From the NCBI RefSeq assembly GCF_009914755.1, contig NC_060943.1: DNA of 64,000 nucleotides; one strand, 5' to 3'. Within the stretch, counting starts at the first letter, position 1. Each line of letters opens with the position of its first letter. Under the pieces are notes generated by a model. The model ran no database searches. It saw only the letters and a program-made list of their open reading frames with translations, and was not told the DNA's origin. Positions 15,885 to 36,828 of the stretch are shown in pieces. The position numbers and the translations under genes are program-made. Source of the DNA: the human T2T-CHM13v2.0 reference genome, Homo sapiens.

Positions 15885-16452
15885 GGCAAAGTTCTTCACT
15901 CCTCCAGGGGTGCACTGTGGCTCCAGCAGCCTGGCATGCAGCAGCATAGGTGGCCAGTGCGTCACACAGTGGCCCAGACTGGCCTGGCAGCAGGCAGCGG
16001 TCATAGACACAGTCGCGCACGGCACCCTGGGGGTCCAGCTTGCTATGGCACTCCCGGAAGGGCCCCTTGGGGTCGGCAAGGATTCCACACTCATTCTTGC
16101 TCTGCAGCTGCTGGGCCACCAGGGAGTCCAGCTTGGGACAGTCACCCGGTTCAGTTGCTCCACAGCCGGGCCTCGTCTCTTCTTGCCAGCTGTTCCCAAA
16201 GGCCAGTGCATTGGCAGCTTGACCCCCACCCCGCAGAGCCAGGTCATCAGCTGGGTCCCCGTTGAAGTTCCCACAGAGTCCACACAGGGCCTCAGCATAG
16301 CTGCTGGGCACCTTGGCAGTCACTCGTGCATTCCAGTCATAAGTGACAGTCAGGCCAAAGTCCGTGCGCACGACAGCATCCCTGCCCTGTCGGAACACCT
16401 GCACCTGCCCATCTGCTGCTTGGAAGGGCAGATACTGAAGGACGTCATCCAC
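15885..16452 (-). CDS. FCGBP: FCGBP coding exon 6 (C-terminal half of VWD2 plus C8)
   Basis: ORF 15826..16509. Acceptor ccacccag|GTG, donor TGCC|gtgagt; CGLCGNFNGDP; 568 nt. Confidence 0.97.
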
Positions 16453-16697
16453 CTGGGTGGAGATGCAAGAGGGCCACCTGGTCAGGGTATTCACAGTTCT
16501 GTGGCCCACCCTTCAATTCACTCACCTCCAGCTACCCTGACCTCCTTGCTATTCTCTTGGACATATTACGCTCAGTCCCACCTCGAGGCCTTTGCACTTG
16601 CTGTTCCCTCTGCCTGGCTCACCATTCACCCCTCTTCATTCCTAAAGCACCAGCTTAAATCCAAATCCCTCACCCATGGCCTTCAAAACCTACATGA

Positions 16698-17091
<394 letters not shown>

Positions 17092-17339
17092 TAGAGACAG
17101 GGGTCTCACTCTGTCACCCAGGCCAGAATGGAGTGGCACGATCATAGCTCACTTCCTAGCACTTCAGGAAGCTGAGGCGGGAGGGTCACTTGAGCCCAGG
17201 AGTTGGAGACCGGCCTGGGCAACTTAGTGCGACTCCGTTCTGCACAAAAAGGAAAAAGGAAAACGAAAAAAATAAAATCTTCTAACAGGCCTCCCCCACC
17301 CTCAGGCCCATCCAGAACTCCAAGTCTTCAGAGGGTATT

Positions 17340-18060
17340 TCCTGCTCCGTCACCCAGCCCTGGGCGCCACGTCGCTCACCAGCACTTGCCCGGGGTACTC
17401 CCGGCGCACGGCCACCTTCACCCCGCGGGCCTCCACCCGCACGGCGCGCGTGTAGCTCACAGTCTGGCTGCCCCGATGCTCGTTTTCCACCAGCACCCGG
17501 AAGGCAGGCAGCGCTGCGTTCTGGCCGCATGAGCCGACCAGCAGGTACGTGCAGGTGCCCATGAAGTCGAAGCGCCGGCCGTCGAAGCTCACATAGTGTG
17601 GGTCCCCGGACCCCTGGCAGGTCCCGAAGCGATCGGGGTAGCAGCCCAGGAGGCCGTTCTGGACGCTGCAGCGCTCACCCGCCGGGCAGCTCTGCTTGTC
17701 GCGGCAGGTGACCTGATGGGTGGCGCCGTTGCAGGTGCAGCGCCTTTGGCACAACTCGTCCGCCCACACTTCCTGGCCCGGAGCGAGCTGGAGACCCTGG
17801 AAGGTGCAGCCACACGACGAGGCCGGCACGCAGGCGCCGCCGCTGGCCACGAAGCCTGGGAGGCACACGCAGCCCTCCACGCAGGGGCGCCCGGAGCAGC
17901 TGGACGGCGCCGCAGCCCCGTTGCAGGAGGTCGGGCAAGCAGGGCCGCAGAGCTCATAGCGGCTGTTGGCAGGGCAGGACAGGGCTGCGGGGAGATCAGA
18001 GAGGGTGGATCAGGCCCGCGTAGCAGGGGCCGTCGAAGAGCGCCCTGTCGGGGACGGCGC
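17340..18060. other. Intragenic CpG-rich island over coding exon 5
   Basis: Visibly high GC and CpG density compared with the flanks. Confidence 0.7.
17380..17984 (-). CDS. FCGBP: FCGBP coding exon 5 (TIL plus N-terminal half of VWD2, GSGDPHY)
   Basis: ORF 17350..17880 extended upstream in frame. Acceptor ccccgcag|CC, donor CTG|gtgagc; 605 nt; CpG-rich. Confidence 0.96.
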
Positions 18061-18299
18061 CCAGGAATTCCATCCCCAAACCCTGCTCCTCTCTCAGAGC
18101 TCGCCATCTCAGATAATGGCACTGCCATTCTTCTGGGTGCTCCTGCGCCACACCCCAGCGACGCAGTTAATCTCCACCCCGCCAACCCCCTAACGCTCAC
18201 TGGACAACCAATCTGTCAGCAAGTCCTGTGAGCTCCATATTCAAAATCTACCCAGATTGGCCGGGAGTGGTGGCGCAGGCCTGTAATCCGAGCTACTCA

Positions 18300-18563
<264 letters not shown>

Positions 18564-20266
18564 TCAGAGCACTACTGTGGCTTCCTCTCACTCAGGGTAA
18601 ACGCCAGAGTCCTCCCCATGCCTCAGGAGGCCCTGTGCCATCTGTTCCTCTCACCTCTCAGCCCTCACCTCTTCTCCCTCTCCCTCGGGCTCACTCTGCC
18701 CCAGCCCCAGCTGCCTCCTCCTCCCGGGTCCTCACCCTCCCACCTCAGGGCCTTTGCATTGGCTGTTCCCTCTGCCTTCCCTTTCCCCAGAAAGCCCACT
18801 GGGGCCCAGGTGGCCTGGGTTCAGATCCCAGATCTCTCCTTCTCGGCCACTGACTCCAATCTCCCCGTGCCTCAGTTTCCCCATCAGTAAGATGGGATAA
18901 TGTAGTCGAGACCTCACAGGGTTGTTGTGAGGATTAAATGAGTTGATCTATGGGGAAACATTCTGTGGACATCACTGTTAGTTAGTACTTAGCTGACTCC
19001 ATTGCCTGACCCTGGTCTCAGCTCCAATGTTACCTGCCCAGAAAGGCCTTCCCTGATCACCCTCTTCACGAGCCTCACAGTCACTGTCATTGAATGAACT
19101 TGTTTCTTTGCCTCTCTGAAGATACTTCCTAGTTCATCTGCTCACTGTCTGTGTCCCTCCCCTGCCGCTAAGAGAGAAGTTCTGCGGGAGTGGGGACCTG
19201 ATCTGTCTCAATCACTGCTGAGTCCCCAGCACCAAGGACAGGGCCTGGTACGCAGCAGGTGCTCAGGAAATACTGCAGAAGTGAAAGGGAGAATAAATGA
19301 ACTCTCTGATTCCTATTTTGCGCCAGGCATGGGGTTGGGGGGGTGCTTACTGGGCAGTGGGGACACAGCACTGGCCAAGACAAACACCTAGTGGCCTCTA
19401 TGTCTGCCCTGTACTTACTCCCCCTCCCTCTGGGCCTGGGCCTGGATGCCTCTTCCTCCCTCCTACCTGTCCTTTCTGCCTCTGGGACATGTCTCTAGGA
19501 GCCTCACTCACAAGGGCAGGAATAGATTTATGCTGGTCTTCACTGTGTCTTCAATATCATTAGCATGCACAGGGGGCAGGCAGGGGTTCAAGGAATGCTT
19601 GTGGAATGAATGAGTGAACGATTAAGCAGACGGACACCTGGCTAAAGAGCCTGGACTTTATCTAGAGGGCAATGGGAGTCATGGGAGGGCTATAGGCAAA
19701 GGAAGAGACGTCACGTCTCTGTGTTGGGATTCTGCAGACAAGAATTCCCGTCCTGCCAAGCCTTTGAGCATGCTGTTCTCTGGGCCTGCAACTCACTTCC
19801 TCCTCTTTCTCTTGGCAACTTCCAGCCCCTCTTATGGGTTTCAAATTGGACATCTTTCTCTAGAAAACCCTCCCTGACCACCCCTGCTCCCCAGGCTGGG
19901 CCAGGAACCTCCTCTGGTTTCCCATAGCCCCACTGACTTCCTCCATCCTGGCCCCAACCCCTCTGCCTGTGTCCCCCGCAATCCCAGCCCTGACTCATCT
20001 GCCTGTCTCTCTCCCATCCTGGCCCCAACCCATCCGAGTGGGCCTCCCCATCCTGCCTGGACCCCTCCAGACTGTCAATGTCTAGTGAAACGTCTCTCCA
20101 ACCTTAGGCTCATTGTGGACAGAGCTGGCTGTCTTGGCCATCACTAGGCCCCTGGCATTGCCCAGCACCAGGCTGAACCATAATAACTTCTCAGATATTA
20201 AGCAGATGCTAGGGATCTCCTGCCCCTCACTGTATGCTCCCAGCCCCCACCCAGGGCATCACTCAC

Positions 20267-20837
20267 GGCAGTTGGCTGGTGATCTCCAGTCCCCAACCGA
20301 GATGCCAAGCTCCAGACAGGCCTGGGCATAGGCGCTGAGGCCACGGCACAGGCTGAGCCGCTCCCCACCGACCACACACAGGTCATATACACACTGCTCC
20401 AGGAAGGGCCTGGGGTCCAGGGTGTCATGGCAGACAGCGAAGGGGCCATCGAGCTTGGTCAGCATGCCACAGAGTCGGTCGCCCTCATAGTGTTGGGCCT
20501 GGCCTGGGGTGCAGGCGGGACAGTTGTTCTGGCAGCCATCCTCACACAGGTAGTCCCCATCATCCAGCTTCCAGCTACTTGCGAACTCCACAGCGTCAGG
20601 AGCCAGAGCCCCGTCAGGCGTGAGGAAGTCGTCTGCTGGGTCACCATTATAGTTGCCACACAGCCCGCACACCTGGTCTTGGAAGCGTGCAGGCAGGCTG
20701 AGTGCCAGCTGGCAGTCCCAGTCATAAGTGACCACCAGCCCAAAGACCAGCTCCACCACGGCCCGTGGTCCGCTCTGGTACACACGCAGGCGACCCTCAC
20801 TCAGGGAGACTGGCAGGCGCGAGCGCTGGTTGTCAAC
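20267..20837 (-). CDS. FCGBP: FCGBP coding exon 4 (C-terminal half of VWD1 plus C8)
   Basis: ORF 20259..20783 extended upstream. Acceptor actctgcag|GTT, donor TGCC|gtgagt; 571 nt. Confidence 0.96.
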
Positions 20838-22042
20838 CTGCAGAGTGGGTGAAGAGGAGGTGGTCAGGCCCCTGTGCCATCTGGCCTCCAGCCCTCATTA
20901 AAGTACTTTTTAATTAAAAGTTTTAAATAGGAGAATATAGAAAAAGAGTATGTGCTCAAACGTCACTGACTCAAGCCTTCCCTGACTGCCCTATTTTATG
21001 ATTTTATTTTATGGTTTGTTTGTTTTGTTTTGTTTTATAGAGATGAGGTCTTGCTATGTTGCCCAGGCTGATCTCAACTCCTGGCCTCAAGCAATCCTCC
21101 TGCCTCAGCCTCCCAAAGTGCTAGAATTACAGGCATGACCCATGGGACCCAGCCTACACCCCTTTTTAAATGGCAGCCTTGGGCCGGGCGCAGTGACTCA
21201 CACCTGTAATCCCAGCACTTTGGAAGGCTGAGGCGGGTGGATCACTTTATGTCAGGAGTTTGAGACCAGCCTGGTCAACATGGTGAAACCCTGTCTCTAC
21301 TAAAAATAAAAAAATTAGCTGGGTGTGGTGGGGCACGCCTGTAATCCCAGCTACTCAGTTGGCTGGGGCAGGAGAATTGCTTTAACCCAGGAGGTGGAGG
21401 CTGCAGTGAGCCAAGATCGTGCCAAACAGAGTGAGACTCTGTCTAAAAAAAAAAAAAAGGCAGCCTCTCCCTATTCCATAGCCTCCTTCCCTGCTTTCCT
21501 TTTTTTTCTATAGCATCTGGCCTTCTGAAATATAATTCACAAATTGACCATGTTTATCATCTGTCTTACTCCATCAGAATGGCAGCTCCACAAAGACAAG
21601 GGTTTGGGTCTGCTTTGATCACTGCTTTATCCCCAGTGCATAGAACAGGGCCTGGTAGAATCCCAGGCACTCACTAAGTGAATTAAGTCACTGCTGCATT
21701 TAATAAACATTCACTGGGCACTCACTCTGTGCCTGGCCTTGAGCTGGGAGATCCTGGGAATACGAAGGTGGCGGAGACAGCCCCAAGCCCTACCCTCATG
21801 GGGCTCCCAGTCCATTGGGAGAAACAGACACATCACCAGACAGTGAGAGCTCAGAGGGGTCAGGGCAGAGATGGGAGAAGCACAGGCAGAAAAGTCAAGG
21901 CCAGGATCAGAAAGGCCCAGGCAGAGGGGTCAAGGATGGGATAGGGGAGGTACAGGCTGAGGGTTCAGAGCTGGGATAGTGGGGAGATAGGAGGCTGTGA
22001 AAACCTAGAAAAATGGCCAGATCTAACCTTGCTGGTCAGGGA

Positions 22043-22330
22043 TGTTGAAATCTTAACACCCAACATGATGGTATTAAGAGTGGGGGGAGGCCTTTGGGAG
22101 GTGATTAGGTCATGAGGGTGGCACCCTCATGAATGGGATTAGTGCCCTTATGACAGAGGCCTCAGAGAGCTCTCAGATCCGCTTTCCACCGTGTGAGGAT
22201 ACAAGGAGAAGTAGGCCATCTGCAACCTGGAAGAGCACCCTCACCTGAACCTGGCAGTGCTGGTGACCTCATCTTGGACTTCCAGCCTCCAGAACACAGA
22301 GACGAGGTTGTGTTGTTTATAAGCCTCCCA
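22043..22330 (+). mobile_element. MaLR LTR fragment (MST/MLT1A-like)
   Basis: gggaggtgattaggtcatgagggtgg...gggattagtgcccttat...ttggacttccagcctccagaac. Confidence 0.7.
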
Positions 22331-23206
22331 GGCTCTGGAGAAGCCTGAAGTCTGACTAAGAACCAGGAGATAAGAACTATGTCTCTCTGTGCCCTGGGGC
22401 ATCTTTTTTTTGAGATGGAATCTTGCTCTGTCACCAAGGCTGGGCTGCATTGGCACGATCTCGGTTCACTGCAACCTCTGTCTCCCAGGTTCAAGTGATT
22501 CTCCCACCTGGGATTACAGGTGCCTGCTACCACGTCCAGCTAATTTTTGTATTTTTAGTAGAGATAGGGTTTCACCATGTTGGCCAGACTGGTCTTGAAC
22601 TCCTGACCTCAAGTGATCTGCCCACCCCTGCTCAGCCTCCCAAAGTGCTGGGATTACAGGCATGAGCCACCGTACCCAGCCTTTTTTTTTTTTAATTAAT
22701 AAAAAAATTTTTTAAATTAGATATGGGGGTCTCACTATGTTGTCCAGGCTGGTCTGGAGCTCATGGCTCAAGCAATCCTCCCACCTCGGCCTCCCAAAGT
22801 GCTGGGATTATAGGTGTGAGCCACCGCACCCAGCCTGGGCATCTCTTTCTTACTCTTTCCTTACACATTCTCTGAGCTGTGCCAGAGCTGAGACTTGAAG
22901 TGGAGAAGTCTTAGCCAAGAGGATGGAATATGATAAAAGGAGCAACAGGAGAGAGGACAGCATGAGCAATGGCCCAGAAGGAAGACAGAGCATTCACTCA
23001 TTCCGGCTCCCAGCAAAGCTTCTGTGAGTCCCACTGTGTGGCCTGCTCTGTGCCAGCTGGTGCTTTAGACACTGCAGTGATGGAGACAGGCCATGGCCCC
23101 ATGCTCAGAGCTCTCAGTCCAGCATGGCTGCTCAAATCTGTTTCTCCCCTAAGTCCAGTGATCTCCATTTTAATTTTTCTATTTTTTTATTTATGTATTT
23201 TTTTGA

Positions 23207-23505
<299 letters not shown>

Positions 23506-23891
23506 TGACACAAATAATATTCGTTCATTACAGAAAACTGAAAATGCACAGGAGCAAAAATGAGAAAAGAAAATCACCCTGTAGGCAGACACATACAAAT
23601 GTATAGATCCTGTTGAGTTTTTTCCTACCTTTAGATATATTTACACTTAAAAAAAAAAAGACCATGCTGAAGTCACTATTTCATTAACTCCTCTCCTAAC
23701 AATGTCTTGTGAGTATCCTACTATGATTCTGACAGTAGCTCTGCACCTTTGTCAAGTCACTGACCTCTGTGAGGATCTGACGGAAAAAAAAATGAAAGGC
23801 CGGGTGCGGTGGCTCATGCCTGTAATCCCAACACTTTGGGAAGCCGAGTTGGGCGGATCACAAGGTCAGGAGATCAAGACCATCCTGGCTA

Positions 23892-24131
<240 letters not shown>

Positions 24132-24276
24132 TCAAGGGATCTGAAGTCCGCCTGAACTTGTGCTCAACCCCTCCAGGGCTGAAGAACACCTCCTTTCACC
24201 AACTGATTATTAATCGCAGAGATCTACCTGCACACTCACAAAATCAGGGAGGTACAAGAATATTTATTTCAGGTCA

Positions 24277-24566
<290 letters not shown>

Positions 24567-24693
24567 TCAAAAAAATATTCATTGCAGTATTGTTTGTAAT
24601 AGTGAACAATGTGTCCATCCACAGGGGACTGGTTGAATGAACCATGGTGTTCATATCCATATAAAGAATTGTGCAGATGTTAAAAAAAAATAG

Positions 24694-25093
<400 letters not shown>

Positions 25094-26577
25094 TAACTCC
25101 TGACCTCAAGTGATCCACCCACCTAGGCCTCCCAAAGTGCTGGGATTATAGGCATGAGCCACTGCGCCTGGCCCTGAAGTTATTGAACAGGCAAAACTAA
25201 TCTATGCTGGAAAAAAAAAATCAGAATTGTGATCATCTCCAGGAGTAGGTTGGGGACTGTTTGGTAAGGCACATGAGGGAATTTTCCCAGGTGATAAAAA
25301 TATTCTGTATCTTAATGGGCAATTTGGTTACACATTTGCCAAAGGTGAACTATACAGTTAAGATTTGTGATTTTTGTTATATATAAATTTCACCTCCAAA
25401 ATCAGCCAAAAGAAGTGTGAAAATATTATATTCTAGTTAATGACATGGTGAAGTCTTTTGGGTGATATGTACTCATGTCTGGAACTTTGAAGTGCATAAA
25501 AAATAAGAGAGATTGTGGAATGGACAGAGGGATGAACCGATGGATCAGTGTGTGATCAATCAAGAAGAGTACAGTGTTTAGAATCTAGATGATTGGCACC
25601 TGTAATCTCAGCACTTTGGGAGGCTGAGGCAGGCCGATCAGTTGAGGCCAGGAGTTCCAGACCAGCCTGGCCAACATGGTGAAACCCCTCTCTACAAAAA
25701 TACAAAAATTAGCTGGGCATGGCGGCACATGCCTGTCATCCCAGCTACTCGGGAGGCTGAGGCAGGAGAATCGCTTGAACCTGATCCTGCCGCTGCACTC
25801 CATCCTGGGTGACACAGCAAGACTCTATCTCAAAAAAAAAAAAAAAAAAGAAAGAAAGAAAGAAAGAAAACTCTAGGCGATTGGCATATGAGCATTCACT
25901 GTATAAGAATTTCAACTTTGGACATTTTAATATTTTCATAATAACATGGCGAGAAAAAGGAAGTAATTGCTCTAGGCTGCTGTTATTCATATGAACTGAA
26001 TAGAAATGCATTTACCAGAGTCAGGACAGCTGAGGGATTAAGAACAAGGACTCCAGAGCCAGCATGCCTGTGCCCTTAGCTCCACCTCTTACTAGCTCTG
26101 AGCCCTGGGGAAGTCACTAGCCTATCTCAACCTCAGTTTCCCAATCTGAACATGTTCATAATAATAATGCCTCCTGCACTGAGTTTGTGAGCATTAAATT
26201 CGTTAAGATGAGAAAAGTGCTAAGAAACATATCTGGTGCATAGCAGGTGCTCATTAAATTTAGTTATTTGGTCAACGTAAATCCCCCATTGCTGGATAAT
26301 TTTTTGTTTGTTTGTTTTTGTTTTATGCTATTATAAACCATGTTGGCATGTTACCCCCCAGTCTCTGTCTCTGAATATCCTTTAAATTTCTAGACGTGGG
26401 ATGGCTGGAGGGCAGGGTTCTAAGGTCCTGCTACTGATTTTCAAATCCGCCTCCCCACCCTCCAACTCCATGGCCCACTTCCCTGCACCCTGGTTTGAGG
26501 TCGGCCATTGGGCTTTGCCTCCGCCTTCGGACCCGCAGCTCATGGATGTTAACCCCCCAAAGCCCCCAGGTACTCAC

Positions 26578-26927
26578 CAGGACGAAGCCAACTTCACCGC
26601 GGGTCAGCGACACAGAGTGGCTGTAGGCGCGCACAGTGACGAGGCCCACGTAGGAGACGCGGCGGCTGCCCCGGTGCTCGTTCTTGGCCTCCACGCTGAA
26701 GGCGGGCAGGGTGTCGTCCTCGCTGCACAGCTCCACCATCGTGTACGAACAGGTGCCCATCATGTCGTAGCGACGGCCGTCGAAGGTGGTGTAATGGGGG
26801 TCGCCCTGGGCGCGGCAGACAGCGGTGGACTCCGCCACACACCCGGCCTTCCCGCCTACCACCTGGCAGCGCTGCCCGGCTGCGCACTGCATGCCTTCGC
26901 AGGAGGGCTCCACTGGGGACAGTACAG
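26578..26927 (-). CDS. FCGBP: FCGBP coding exon 3 (Cys-rich linker plus N-terminal half of VWD1, AQGDPHY)
   Basis: ORF 26431..27006. Acceptor ctccccag|CT, donor CTG|gtgagt; 350 nt. Confidence 0.96.
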
Positions 26928-26963
26928 CTGGGGAGGGAAGGGAACGGTGAAAAGAGAGAATCA

Positions 26964-27512
<549 letters not shown>

Positions 27513-28051
27513 TTAAAGGTGGGGAAACCGAGGTCTGGAACCCCACAGGGAGAGAGTTGCTCAGGCCTCTCTGAGAGCCCCATGTTTTCTGATTCTCCAG
27601 TTTAACACAGGGCAGCCTAGAAGAAGGGAAGGCAGTAAATAAGAAAAGGCAGAAACGGTCATTAAAATGTTAATTTGTGTTTTTCTCTCCCCCTTTTCCC
27701 CTCTTCCCTACCTTCCCTCCAGGGTCAAAAAGAGCTAAGGGATTTTTTTAAGGACAGAAAATGGAAGACAGCCTTCAGCAGGATGAAAAGGACTATGGAG
27801 TCAGGCCGCCTAGGTAGGAATCCTGGCTCAACCAACTGGCTCTGAGACACTGGGCAAGTGGTTTTAAACTCCCTCTGCCTCAGTTTCCTCATTTGTAACA
27901 TGGGGGTGATAATAATACCTCCTTCGTAGGGATCTTGGTGGGGGGTGTTAGGATTAAATAAGCTAAAACTCGAGAAAGCTTTAGAACTGAACCTACGTGT
28001 TAAGTGGAGTGTTACCCATTATAATTAATCACCCACCGCTCCCTCATTCTA

Positions 28052-28420
<369 letters not shown>

Positions 28421-29268
28421 TTAGTCCAAGAGTTCGAGGCTACGGTGAGCTGTGATCACACCACCGCACTCCAGCCCGAGTGACAGAGTGACACCCTGTC
28501 TCTAAAACAAAGTTTTGAGGGAGAAACAGTTATCCCCATTTTACAGATGTGGAAACTGAAGCCCAGAGAGATGAAGTCACTTGTCCAAGATCACACAGCA
28601 GAGCTGGGATTTGAACCCTGGGACCCTGCACTACACTGACAGCGTCTCATGGGCTGAGCCTGAGGTCACACAAACTGCCAGGTCATATACATTAACTGTG
28701 TCAAAAACACGTGAAACACCTAGAAAGATTGCAAGATACTCCCCTCCCCAACGCGTAGTCATCTTATTATCATACATTTAGATCTCCTAAGTTTGGGTAT
28801 CAACATTCCTACATGAGGTGTGGAGAGTGGCTTAGCAACTGGTGTGGCTATGTCAGTTGCTAAAATATCAAAATATTTCCAAACTGGTTGGTGAGAAGCT
28901 GCTGACCTGACTGTCCCCCACAACCCCAAAGATCCCTCCTTCTCAGCACCCTGGCTCTCCCCTAGGGCCCTTTCCAGAACAAACCAACAGACAGGGGCTG
29001 ATGCCAGCATGATGGGGGCTTCAGGACCCTGTCACAGTGCTTTGGCTGCTGTCTCTTCTGACTGGTAGTGCCCCAGCTCTCCCTGGTTGCTAAATATTTA
29101 GAATATTGTTTCTGGGCGGATGGGAGGGGCTGAGAAGACTTGAGGAAGGATGTCGCGGAGAAGAGAAGTGAGGGGAGGACAATCAGGATCCCGAAAGCCA
29201 CAGAGGAGTAGGTGGGTGGAAAAGCGGTCACCAGGTGGACAGGACCAGGGGACATTTCCATTACTTAC

Positions 29269-30516
29269 TCCGGCCGCAATCAGCAGCTGTTGCGTAGCCT
29301 ATAGCCTTGGCCAGCCCGAAGGTGAGCAGTCCCAAGTTGGTGGTGGCCTCGGCCGTGTGGATCATGTCAGCTGTGCCGAGCTCCACTTCAGCATACGAGA
29401 ACTCACTGCCTGGCACAGCCTCCCAGGTGAGCTTGGCCCCCACTGCATGCCCATCTATGGTCAGCCCGCTGATAGCCTTCGTCTGTGCCACTACCAGGGC
29501 CACGCCCTCACAGCCTGGTACACTCTTGACCACATAGGCTGGGCAGTAGGCCGCCACATCTGGGATCAGGACCAGGTAGGGGTCATAAGTCACTTCATTC
29601 CTTATGGCACCTGTGCCAAACAACAGGACCTGGATGCCCACATTTGCAGACAGGTAGAGTGGCCAGGATGGCCGGACCTCAAACTCTACCACATCACCTG
29701 CCTGGAGCCCACGGGAGCCAGTGATACCCCCATGGTTGTAGGTCAGCTTTGTGGCCTGGCTGGCCACAACGAAGGCCAAATCATAGCGAGATTGGGAGGC
29801 CAGCGTGGGTACTACATAGTGGGTGCCCCAGGCAGACGTGGGTAGCAGCTGCTCAACCACATGGTTGCAGGTCGTATGTTTCTGCGCACAGCTGTGGCCA
29901 GAGAGGACAGCCACGGGGCTACTAGCTGTGACCTTTGACCCCGAGAGATCCACTGAGCTCTGTAGCTGGGCCACATTGTAGGGCTGTAGAGTCACTCTTA
30001 GGACATCGCCTGCTGGATAGAACTTGCCATTGAATGTCACTGACCCCTTCAGCGTGACACTGACCGAGGCACCTGCGGCACCGGCCACCACGGCAAACTC
30101 CTTGACATTCCTGGCTGAGGTGCCGGGGGGTGTGAGCACAAAATACTCGGTGCCTAGGGCCTGGATGGGCCGCAGCAGTGTCAGCTCCGCTGTGTCAGGC
30201 TTGGCATTTAGTGCCTGCACAGAGATGGCATAGTCAGAATGGATCACCACCGCATGCTGGAAGATCTTGCTGCCTATCATCTCAGCCTTGGCACTGATGT
30301 TGACCATGACCGACTCCCCGGGCCTCACTGTGACCTTCTTTGAGGTGTTGTCTGCCTGGCTGAGGATGGAGACTGAAGCGGGGCTCTCTGACAGACTGGA
30401 GATAAGGAGGCGGGGGTAGGCCTTGCTGTAGGCCAGCTGATAGTTCTGCAGGAAGGCTGTGAGGAATTCCTCTCTGCCAGTGTTCTTGAGGTCCACTGAA
30501 GCCTCCTGGGTCAATC
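29269..30516 (-). CDS. FCGBP: FCGBP coding exon 2 (IgGFc-binding N-terminal domain)
   Basis: ORF 29261..30577 (LTQEASVDLKNTGREEFL...ADCGR). Acceptor ttctcaaccag|GA, donor CGGA|gtaagt; 1248 nt, phase 1/1. Confidence 0.97.
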
Positions 30517-30805
30517 CTGGTTGAGAAAATACAGTTGTGGGTCCACTTATCCAATCCTCCCCACTTTTGCTCTGCACCCAGAAACATGTTGAAGTATTAA
30601 CTTGGGCTTTCCCCCACCACCCTTCTCTTTCCTTTCTTCTGATTCATGCAGCTTTCGTCTACAAGCCTTCCTGGCTTTTGTTTTTCAAAAATCTAAACAC
30701 CTTAGACAGGGCCCTCAAACTCCAATGCTGATGGGGCCAGGCAAGAAATATAAATGTGTGAAACAGTCCCGGAGGGGCGACTGTGGAACTGAAGCACTCC
30801 TATAC

Positions 30806-34830
<4,025 letters not shown>

Positions 34831-35446
34831 TGGATTGTTGGTACTAGCTTTCACCTGTTATAATGAAAGAATGTGAGCTTTTTTAAATTGTAAGACCTTC
34901 CTGTTTTTCTTTTTTTTTTTCTTCTGAGATGGAGTCTCGCTCTGTCACCCAGGCTGGAGTGCAGTGGCACGATCTCGGCTCACCACAACCTCTGCCTCTC
35001 AGGTTCGAGTGATTCTACCACCTCAGCCTCCCGAGTACTGGGACTACAGGTGTGCGCCACCAGGCACAGTTAACTTTTGTATTTTTTCTTTTTTTTCTTT
35101 TGAAATGGAGTCTCACTCTGTTACCCAGGCTGGAGTGCAGTGGCGCGATCCTGGGTCACTGCAACCTCTGCCTCCCGGTTTCCACGCCCAGCTAATTTCT
35201 GTATTTTTAGTAGAGATGGGGTTTCACCCTGTTGGCCAGGCTGGTCTCAAATTCCTGACCTCAGGTGATCCACCTGCCTCGGTCTCCCAAAGTGCTGGGA
35301 TTACAGGCGTAAGCCACCACGCCTGGCCGTTCTTTCTGTTTTTAAAGAGAATGTGGCTATCTGAATTTTCATGTGAAATCTCCAACCCACAATTGTTTTA
35401 AGCACTTTGGGGCTCAAGGTGGATGTACTCTGCTGCCAGTGTATGA

Positions 35447-35770
<324 letters not shown>

Positions 35771-35866
35771 TAATCCCAGCACTTTGGGAAGCCAACGCGG
35801 GTGGATCACTTGAGGTCGGGAGTTCATGAGCAGACTGACCAACGTGGTGAAATTCCATCTCTACTA

Positions 35867-36028
<162 letters not shown>

Positions 36029-36031
36029 TCA

Positions 36032-36070
<39 letters not shown>
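36032..36070. repeat. (AAT)n Alu-tail microsatellite
   Basis: Seen directly. Confidence 0.95.
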
Positions 36071-36071
<1 letters not shown>

Positions 36072-36773
36072 GGACTTGGGGGTTTGTGAAAAGGGGATAA
36101 AGAGAAGAAGGGGATTATGGAAGGGTGAATGAATTGTCTCCTAGAAATAGATGGCAGTGGGGGCTTCTGACCACCCCCAACTAGGAAGAGCGTCCCTGGG
36201 GCTGAGGAGAGAGAGGTCTAAGGAATCTTGAAGAGAGTGTGGGGGCTATGGAATGACCACCTTCCATATAAAGGGGGCTTTGAAGGATATCCCAGGGGGC
36301 CAGGGGATCAGGAACAATGGACATTTCAAAAGTAACCTAGATGGATGCTGACTGGTGACGAGAGGGTCCTCATATCCCATCCTCCCCCCAGTACTTTGGC
36401 TTTATCCAAAATTTTAGTTCTGGACACATCCCTGGGAGAAGTGGGGACAACACCCTCCAAGAATGACTTTCGTGAAATTTTCCATCAACTTAGCAGAATG
36501 AGGCTCAGAGTCAAAACCTTAGTTGAGTTGCAGAAAACCAAGAAAGTTCTTGCACACTTGAGTTTGGGGACTAAGGTTTTTGCCTGTGCTCCCATCCAGA
36601 AAAGGGTGAGAATTGGTGAATTCTACCACATCCCCCTGCAGAGCCTAAGGGCCTCTCTCCTGTCTCAGCTAGCCTGGGGTGACATGTGGAGGAGGCACAC
36701 ATGGAAGGCGTGGACCCACGCAGAGTTCCCCAGATTGGAACAAGGACATGGAGAGGGTCTTGGTCTGACTTAC

Positions 36774-36828
36774 CCCACAGGAGGGTTGCTCCAGCCCAGA
36801 GTATCCACCAGCTCCATAGGGCACCCAT
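36774..36828 (-). CDS. FCGBP: FCGBP coding exon 1 (signal peptide MGALWSWWILWAGATLLW)
   Basis: Strong Kozak GCCATGG, hydrophobic peptide, donor TGGG|gtaagt; 55 nt, joins exon 2 in frame (W-G-L-T-Q). Confidence 0.96.

Noticed and set aside
30517-30577. ORF-track N-terminal extension of the 438-aa ORF
   Set aside because: Intronic read-through upstream of the acceptor at 30516; the same applies to the extensions on the other exon ORFs.
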